A stretch of DNA of 64,000 bases from a bacterium (GTDB lineage Bacteria > UBA8248). The stretch's first letter is position 1. Every line of letters begins with the position of its first letter. The stretch is taken from positions 256,001-320,000 of the forward strand of contig CBDBZY010000064.1 in NCBI GenBank assembly GCA_965213685.1. The letters are read 5' to 3'. The translations under genes and the position numbers were made by a program. Below, in pieces: positions 54,493 through 64,000 of the stretch. The notes beneath the pieces were generated by a model that ran no database searches, was not told the DNA's origin, and worked only from the letters and a program-made list of their open reading frames with translations.

Positions 54493-57400
54493 CTAATGGA
54501 GGGGCTGATAGTAAGCATGACTCCATCCTGGATATAGGTAGAGGATTGAGGTAGTTATTTTGGGTTAGATGTACTTGATTACAATGTATATAGTCATACC
54601 ATGAATAGGAAGGGAAGGTGAGTGCAGAATGGACTTCTTTTCTTTACGAGCCCCCCTCCTGGTGTACATGTAGATCCCTCCAATCACATTTAGCACAAAG
54701 CATGACACAATAGCAACTATAGCTCTGTAAGGGACACAAATAGCACAACCTTACAACCTTGATGTGTACACAGTTCAATACCAGAAGTGTATATACACCA
54801 CCAGGGCCTTAAAAACAGGTACCCGATGAATGTGTCAGTCACAAAATTAGTCTAGTTCTATTGAGAAGACAATACATACCTATACTCGTATCTTCTACCT
54901 ATTCTTTACTACCGTATAGCGGGTATTTTTTGGGGGGTGAAATTTTAATGAGGAGTGAATTTTTGGCCAGTTCGTGGAAAACGTTTCATGGTTGCGGTAT
55001 ACTAAACCACACCCCAGTACATTGCGCTACTGTTTCGTGGGTAAAGAGTTCGTGGTTCGCCTCTCAACCACGAAAACCACGAAACTTGTACCCCCCGAAA
55101 AATACCCGCTATATGGTACTACATGACAATACACATGTGGGCAAACACTTGGTTACTGACAGTGCAATGATGACCCAGCTCTGCTCCTCCTCCACCTCCT
55201 CCTCCACTGGTTTGTGAGACAAAAGCAACAACCTTTCCAGTTGCTGCAAACTCCTGGGTTTGATAAATATTGATGGTGTAAATCATCAACATGCTCCTTC
55301 CTTTCCTCCCTCCCTCACTCTTTTCCTCCTTTTTTTTAAACAAATGCACATTATGTAGACAAGAACTATACTTGTTTTCACATAACATTTTGTCTAAACC
55401 TTCATGCCTTATAGTTAGTCTGGCTTTAGTCAACCCTCAACATGAGAGCTTTGCAGGTATGTACATTAAGTGTGAGGAGCCAAGAGCTGATCAGGCCATT
55501 TGCTTCTGCATGCAGTTGAATTGAACAACTTTTAAGAATGTTTGATGACTACCAACTGATCAAACATGCACAAATATTGCAAAATACTTTTGGAAATCTG
55601 CCTTGTGTAGAGTCTGATGGGATATGCTCAGGTTCCCCAAGCTGGTGTGGAAATATGCCAAAGAGTTCTAAAGGAACCCAGTGTGTTTGATTCACACGTA
55701 TTGAGGCGGTAGAGACAAAGATATCGCCCCATTTTATGCATGAACATGTAGGGCATAAAGTATCAAACTAGGAATAATGTACCGCCAAAAGACAAACAAA
55801 CATGGTCGATGAAAACATATAAGTACTGACCTATGGATGACCTACAATGGTCTTTACTGCCATATAAATAATATAGTGCACTGCATGAAACTGCAACAAT
55901 ACTAATACACACTTTTGATTGCAAAGTACATATTACAAATGTATCAACCTACATAGGTGACATCAGGAAGTTCATGTGAAAATGCAATTGTTGGAGGGTC
56001 CGTTTTTGAGTATGTAAATCTCCTGCCTGAATCTTCATGCAATATAGTGAGTCTGGCTATATAGTCTGAGAGCTTTGCAAGTATGTGCATTAAGTGTGAG
56101 GAGCCAAGAGGCCCTTAGCTTCTGCAGTTAAGTGAACAACTTTGGAGAACTAATGGAACATGTACATTAATAGAGAGTGCCAACACCACACAATGGATGT
56201 ATTCTCCTAAGCAGAGTGATGAGGTGCGATGGGATATGCTTAGGTTTCCCAAGCTGGTGTGAAAACATGCCAAAACATTCTAAAGGTTGACTCATACATG
56301 TATCTCACATGTATTGAGGAAGTAAAACAGAGATATCATCCCAGTTTATGCATGAATTACATCTAGGCTAAAGATTCAAACTGGGATTAATACACCAATG
56401 AGAGATAAATAACATGTTGGAAAAAACATAGGTACATACTTATGGATAACCTACAATAGTCATTACTGCCACATCAAAGAAATAGTGCACTGCATGAATA
56501 CGTTTTGTTTGCAAAGTATTTCAATTGTATCAACCTACATAGGTAACATCAGGAGGTTCCTCTGAAAATGCAATTGTAGGGGGATCCGTGTTTGAGTATG
56601 TAAATCTCATTTTTGCTTGTCTAAGGGAAGAAGAGAGATACCGATCAATATGCTACTATTATAGAGTCAGTAGACTCTCTATGTAGGAGTGGGGCTGACA
56701 CACTCATGGCATAATGCGTGTACATTTCTAAATTCCTAAACATCCTTGTCACAGCACAATGCTGTTCCCTGTAATCTTCTAGCATAGCCTAAAGAGAATG
56801 CCATGCAAGTACTAAAAACCGATGCAGGAATGTGGTTTTTGTGTGCCCTGTCTTCCCTGCACACTGCCATCCCTACACCTAGCTTCTGTGGTTATGACAC
56901 TGCCATCCCTAACATCCTTCTACCATTTTTGAAAATGTATTGATAACGTATGTTGCAGCTTTGCATACTGCTTACCTTGCAGTACCATCTGAAATAAGGA
57001 TCTCCATCAAAATAGTTAATAGTAAAATAGAGGGGGTCGTAATCATTTATAAACCACGTCATGTCACTAGTCTGTCGGCCCAGTACAGTCCAATGATTTT
57101 GTGAAATTATGTACTGGCATACCTGCAATGCAGATAGTATATAGTAATTTAGAGAATATGACTTTGTAAGTACAATGTACGTATTATATAGTAAGTGCTA
57201 ATGTAGAGTAATGTGACATAGCCTATAGTAAGAAAGTTACTTTATTCTGTCACTCTGTGAGGCAGGTTATGTGACAGCATACAATAAGCATGATCCATGT
57301 ACACATGTTAGCTATCAAGGGGCTAAGAAAATTATTTGTACTTACTGTTCCCACATCAACACCTGACTCACAGACCATCGGTGTACAAGGACTGAATTTG

Positions 57401-58818
57401 TATGAATATTTTGTTGGGTCATCAGATTGAACGTCCACACTGTATGGGTAGAGCCCAGAATGGCAACAGTACATGTATACATGTATCCTCCAGCACTTTC
57501 TACTTGTTCAATATTATGTATGTGTATAGTTAGGACAATGAAGGTGTTCATAGTTCCACTGTCCCCGCGCAATGAATCTTTTGTTTCACTGGACTCTCTA
57601 ACTCTCCTGATGTTGGAAGACTGATGCTATGCACAGTCATGCGATTAATATGTCATTTCCTACCCACAGTTAGCGTCAGTGCAGGAATACGAGTGTCATA
57701 TCTATGTGTCTACACTTACATATTATCAGTGTAAATATTTGGTTGTACTATATATCCCTGCACCATGTCATCATACTCCATGTGTAATTAGCTACCTCCA
57801 AAGTATCCTGTACTACTCACAATGTCATCATAAATATGTCATTAATGAGACATTTTTGTCATACAGAATTGTGACATGGCAGAGTCTTTTACCATCTGTA
57901 TAGTATAGCAAAAACATATATAGGAGAGCTAAGAGTATCAGTATACAGTATAGGCCATCATGACAGTCAAGAAGGAGTCAAACGTCACTTCAGGTACTTT
58001 CAAGTAGAAGGACAGATGTATATATACATTGCTTAATTTCTATGATCCCGACCACCAGAAACAAAGTAAATTGGTGCTCTAGAGTGAGGAGGATTATCCT
58101 TCCAGAGCACTCCATACCAAATTTGGTGCTAAAGCATGTAGTACTCATTTGGCTTGGTGTGCCATCACAATCAATATGCAAGATTGCATGTACACGTAGC
58201 AGTGTATAGCCGTGTACATAGTGCCCATTGTTAATAGTCTACACAATCATGACATGAGGTTTCCTATTTCCTGTGGTTGGAAACTGCAATCAGTGAGAGA
58301 CAAAATCAGTCATTGCTCAGCATTGTTCTGTCTCAGTCTGGCCCCAGCCCCCATAGCTACGCCCAGTGCGGTGACAACGGGGACGGTGTACGCTTGTACG
58401 GCTTCTCGGCTTATCCACCGACTCTAGTTATTCCGATCCAAAATCAAAAGACGTAAGTACGAACCTCGGGTTTGAGAAAACAGCGCGAAACCCCAGTGGT
58501 GACAGCTATGAACAATTGGCAGGGCACGCTATCGGTTATTTAGCTATAAACCTTAGTTGCAGCCTCGCCACAAGGCTCCTGCACGGTCTGGAGATTTGGC
58601 AGCGTGTTTGGTGTTCGCTGCAGTACACAATACAACGCTACACAGTGCTACTCAATTCACGGGTACTTGAAGTAGTTGGAAATGTTCAGCGTCTTATTAT
58701 TTGGCGCCTTACACTTACACTTGTTCGAGGCGTCTATAGTGCACTTGTCCAGACTGTGGACAGTATCTAACAACGCTAGGCAGAGAAGGCAGAACACTGT
58801 TAGTGACCAGCTCTCCAT
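54493..58818 (-). pseudogene. MRH receptor copy H, chimeric pseudogene with frameshift-type tail
   Basis: Exons 58818-58661, 57439-57346, ~57122-56976 (+1 nt frameshift, GDPYFRWYCK), 56620-56539, partial extra exon 4 at ~56021-55953, 55253-55161 (14-nt deletion), 54724-54600, 54527-54493. Confidence 0.82.
54912..55116. mobile_element. pogo/Tc1-type MITE with TA TSD (duplicated at 60112-60318)
   Basis: ta|ccgtatagcgggtattttt...aaaatacccgctatatgg|ta. Confidence 0.75.
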
Positions 58819-59377
58819 ATCTCTACATCCGAAATGCTGGTATATTAAACTGACTCAACCTTATTCATAACATTACGCCGTCACGTGTTGGCGTCACGTG
58901 GTTTACATAGTATTATTATAATTATGACCGCAGTATGACCCTCCTACGTCCAAAATTGATACAAACGTAACTATCTAAAATCTTTACTTTTGCTGCTTTA
59001 CCTAGGCTTACGTACATAACTACACTCCCATCACTGATGATGATGAGGTCCACAGCCCTGCACTTGATCAGTCAGCTAGTCAGCTATATAACCATCACAT
59101 GTATATATAGGATTCAAGCATATGCTGAGAGGCTGGGACACGTCATATGTAGCACATGGCTATAATAACTCGTCCTCCCCAATTCTCATTCCCTTATTCA
59201 CTTCCTTTTGCCCCTCCCCCACCACCTTATAACGTTCAGTGAACAAAAAACCGAATTTCTTACATGGCAAAGCTGTATGACACATGAATGACCTGTCTCA
59301 CAGGTTTTTAGTACAGGATAGGGCTAGATGTCTTATACCTGACATTTAGCCCTATCCTCTACTGAAAATGTGTGTGT

Positions 59378-59408
<31 letters not shown>

Positions 59409-59696
59409 GGGGGGGAGGAGGGGACCAGACATAAAGAGGTGTAGAGTCATACAAGGCACTGGTACACACATGACTGTACATGCCTAAAGATATGACATTG
59501 TGTTATAATACTTGTCATGCAGCTACAGTATGTGAGAATGTGATCACATACATCACTGTGAATATACAAAGTATTATTATGTATACATCTTAGTTGATTA
59601 GGTAGAAAAAAAGGTGTGTAGCTATTAAATGGATGATTACAATCTTCCAGGTAGTCCTACTGTAATGATCAGAGTTCTTGATAGCTCTGTGCTCTC

Positions 59697-62386
59697 CTAA
59701 TGGAGGGGCTGATAGTAAACATGACTCCATCCTGGATATAGGAAGAGGATTGAGGTAGATATTTTGGGTTAGATGTACTTGATTACAATGTAGTCAAACC
59801 GTGAATAGGAAGGGAAGGTGAGTGCAGAATGGACTTCTTTTCTTTACGGGCCCCCCTCCTGGTGTACATGTAGATCCCTCCAATCACATTTAGCACAAAG
59901 CATGACACAATAGCAACTATAGCTCTGTAAGGGACACAAATAGCACAACCTTACAACCTTGATGTGTACACAGTTCAATACCAGAAGTGTATATACACCA
60001 CCAGGGCCTTAGAAACAGGTACCCGATGAATGTGTCAGTCACAAAATTAGTCTAGTTCTATTGAGAAGACAATACATACCTATACTCGTATCTTCTACCT
60101 ATTCTTTACTACCGTATAGTGGGTATTTTTCGGGGGGGGTGAAATTTTAATGAGGAGTGAATTTTTGGCCAGTTTGTGGAAAAATTTTCATGGTCGCGGT
60201 ATACTAAACCACACCCCAGTACATTGCGCTACTGTTTTGTGGGTAAAAAGTTCATGGTTCGCCTCTCAACCACGAAAACCACGAAACTTGTACCCCCCTA
60301 AAAATACCCACTATATGGTACTACATGACAATACACATGTGGGCAAACACTTGGTTACTGACAGTGCAATGATGACCCAGCCAATCACTCCCAACTCTGT
60401 TCCTCCTCCACCTCCTCCTCCACTGGTTTGTGAGACAAAAGCAACAACCTCTCCAGTTGCTGCAAACTCCTGGGTTTGATAAATATTGATGGTGTAAATC
60501 ATCAACATCCTCCTTCCTTTCCTCCCTCCCTCCCTCACTCTTTTCCTCCTTCCCTTCCTCCCTCCCTACCTCACTCTTTTCTTCCTTTTTTTTAAACAAA
60601 TGCACATTATGTAGACAAGAACTATATACTTGTTTTCACATAACATTTTGTCTAAACCTTCATGCCTTATAGTTAGTCTGGCTTTAGTCAACCCTCAACA
60701 TGAGAGCTTTGCAGGTATGTACATTAAGTGTGAGGAGCCAAGAGCTGATCAGGCCATTTGCTTCTGCATGCAGTTGAATTGAACAACTTTTAAGAATGTT
60801 CGATGACTACCAACTGATCAAACATGCACAAATATTGCAAAATACTTTTGGAAATTTGCCTTGTGTAGAGTCTGATGGGATATGCTCAGGTTCCCCAAGC
60901 TGGTGTGGAAATATGCCAAAGAGTTCTAAAGGAACCCAGTGTGTTTGATTCACACGTATTGAGGCGGTAGAGACAGAGATATCGCCCCATTTTATGCATG
61001 AACATGTAGGGCATAAAGTATCAAACTAGGAATAATGTACCGCCAAAAGACAAACAAACATGGTCGATGAAAACATATAAGTACTGACCTATGGATGACC
61101 TACAATGATCTTTACTGCCACATAAATAATATAGTGCACTGCATGAAAATGCAACAATACTAATACACACTTTTGTTTGCAAAGTACATATTACAAATGT
61201 ATCAACCTACATAGGTGACATCAGGAAGTTCCTGTGAAAATGCAATTGTTGGAGGGTCCGTTTTTGAGTATGTAAATCTCATTTTTGCTTGTCTAAGGGA
61301 AGAAGAGCGATACCGATCAATATGCTACTATTATAGAGTCAGTAGACTCTCTATGTAGGGGTGGGGCTGACACACCCACAGTACGTGTGCATGTGAAAAC
61401 CTTCTAAACTCTCCTGAACATTGTTTCACTGCATAATGTTGCTCCCAGTAATCTCATAGCATAGCTAAAGGAAGATGCAATGTTATAAACATGATGTAGG
61501 AATGGGATAGTTGTGTGGTCTTTGTATGCCCTGCTTTGCCTGCACGCTACCATCTCTACACTCACATGTAGTTTCTGTGGTTTTGGTCACTGCCATCCCT
61601 ACATCCTTCTAAATTCTTGGAAAGTGTACTGGTGACATTATGTAAGCACTATATACATACTGCTTACCTTGCAGTACCATCTGAATCAGGATCTCCATCA
61701 AAATAGTTAATAGTAAAATAGAGGGGGTCGTAATCATTTATAAACCACGTCATGTCACTAGTCTGTCGGCCCAGTACAGTCCAACGATTTTGTGAAATTA
61801 TGTATTCGCATACCTACAATGCAGATAGTAGTAATTTAGAGAATATGCCTTTGTAAGTACAATGTATTTGTAAACTGCAAACGTACAGTAATGTGAAATA
61901 GCCAATAGTAAGTAAGTGACTTTATTGTGAGGCCATTTATGTGACAACATACAAAAATATGCATGATCCATTTGTGCATACATAGTGAATATCGAGGGGC
62001 TAAGACAATTAGAGTTAAAGCAACGTGCAAGTATACTGTGGGTGTTATTGAACATGGTTGAGGTTGAGAGAATGATAACGCACTCGGCTTCACTATGTGA
62101 TTATTATTTCTCGAGAGTGCAACAGCAGGACTGGTCAACTACACGTATGTTCTGATAAGGCGATAAGGCATTTCTATGAGGTTGTGAGCTACTGCATGTA
62201 TTTCCCACAGCTGTATGTTAACTTCCACCGCCTCTAGCATGGAGTTTATTGTACTGTTGGCACTTTTGATACGCCCATGCAGCTGTACTTACTGTTCCCA
62301 CAGCAACATCTGGCTCACAGACAATTGGTGTACAAGGACTGAATACGTATGAGTATCTTGTTGGGTGATCAGATTGAACTTCCACA
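59697..62386 (-). CDS. MRH receptor copy I, exons 2-7 (exon 1 expected just beyond the window), frameshift-type tail with ITIM-consensus VYYQPL
   Basis: Exons 62386-62293, 61813-61668, 61292-61211, 60469-60363, 59924-59800, 59731-59697 are open. Tail YTRRGARKEKKSILHSPSLPIHGWSHVYYQPLH*. Confidence 0.8.
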
Positions 62387-64000
62387 CTGTATGGGTTGAG
62401 CCCAGAACAGCAACATAATTATTGAGTACATGTATCTATCATCCAATACTTTCTACTTGTACAATATGATGTATGTGAAGTTTGGACAATAATTGGTATG
62501 ATCATGGCAAGCACACAACTCTATCATAATATATATGGAAGGTGTTCAGAGTTCCGATGTCCCTGCGCAATGGAATGACCTCAGACTCATTAACTTTCCT
62601 GATCTGATGATATATATGCACAGTCATGTGATTAATATGTCATTTCCTACCCACAGCTAGCATCAGTGCAGGAATACGAGCGTCATACCTATATGTATGT
62701 ACTTGCATACTATTGTGAATAAGAGGGCAGAGAATATCAATACAATATAAGCCATCATGACAATCAAGGAGTCAAATGTCACTCCAAGTACTTTCAATAT
62801 AGCCCATCATGACAATCAAGGGAAATTAAAGGAGTGTTAACTGACAAAAATGGATGATGTCATAACATTAAAGAGGCTGCTGCAAATACGCACTAGCAGT
62901 GCGAGAAGAGGCCATGGTGAATGCATGCACCATGTACGTTTTGCAAATATACATGGCTCACAAGACTACATGGGTATAAAGCCAGGACTACATCTTTCAG
63001 CTTCCCTCTGTTGGACAAGGAGAGAAATTCAAAGTGGAATGACACTGTCAGCTGAGTGATAACATTCCATTCATTTCCCACACAGAAACCTACTATATGT
63101 GCATGTACATGTATATTGCTTGATTCCGACCGCCACAAACATAGTAAACTGGTGCTCTAGAGTGAGGAGGATTTTCCATCCAGGGCACTCCATACCATAT
63201 TTGGTGCTAAAGTATGTAATACTCATATAGCTTGGCATGCCATCACAATCAATATCAAGACACAGTACCCAGTGTACATATATACTTTTTTTCATACAGA
63301 ATTGTGACAAGGCAGAGTGCCTTTTATGTGAATATGACTCTATAACTAACCATCTGTGTAGTATAGACAAAACATAAGTAGGAGGGCAGAGAGGTTCAGT
63401 ACAATAAATAGGCCATCATGACAGTCAAGAAGGAGTCAAACGTCACTTCAGGTACTTCAAGCAGAAGGACAGATGTATATATACATTGCTTAATTTCTAT
63501 GATCCCGATCACCAGAAACACAGAAACAAAGTAAATTGGTGCTCTAGAGTGAGGAGAATTTTCCATCCAGAGCACTCCATACCAAATTTGGTGCTAAAGC
63601 AAGTAGTACTCATTTGGTTTCACAATCAACATGCAAGATTGCATGTACACATAGCAGTGTATAGCTGTGTACACGGTGCTCATTTCTAATAGTCTACACC
63701 ATTATGACACAGAGGTTTCCTGTTTCCTGTGGTTGGAAACTACAATCAGTGAGAGACAAAATCAGTCATTGCTCAGCGCATAGTTCCGTCTCAGTCTGGC
63801 CCCAGCTCCCGTACGCCCAGTGTGGACGGTGTACGCTTGTACAGTTTCTCGGCTTATCCGCCGACTCTAGTTGTTCCGATCCAAAATCAGAAGTACGTAT
63901 ACAAGTAGCTACGAACCTCGGGTTTGAGAAAGCAGCACGAAACCCCAGTGGTGACAGCTACGAGCAAATGGCAGGGCACGCCTACTACTAGCGGATCAGG

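Overview
AT-rich, intron-containing animal genomic DNA. The CATGTA-rich low-complexity tracts and the TE repertoire suggest a demosponge, but this is an inference. The ORF track hides the main content. Splicing by hand shows a head-to-tail minus-strand tandem array of about 11 copies or remnants of a 7-exon gene encoding a type I membrane protein. Each has a signal peptide, a single P-type-lectin/MRH domain resembling the cation-dependent mannose-6-phosphate receptor (CD-MPR) and ATG27, a Gly-rich stalk, a TM helix and a short cytoplasmic tail. Five copies are complete (B, C, E, F, G), two are cut by the window edges (A, I), two are pseudogenes (D, H) and two are orphan fragments. The ectodomains are strongly diversified, including the sugar-binding residues and loop. 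They are combined with at least three tail types. One tail arose by an 11-nt frameshift deletion and ends in a new YxxL/ITIM-like motif; it has been recombined onto dissimilar ectodomains. The result looks like a modular, paired-receptor-like lectin family. Between the genes are many TEs: LINE and CRE retrotransposons, Helentron-like elements, MITEs and a Penelope fragment with a hammerhead ribozyme. There is also a 4.25-kb composite transposon made of two apparently identical inverted 1.58-kb TIR elements flanked by a single 10-bp TSD. All exon models are manual predictions from GT-AG sites, phase and paralog comparison.
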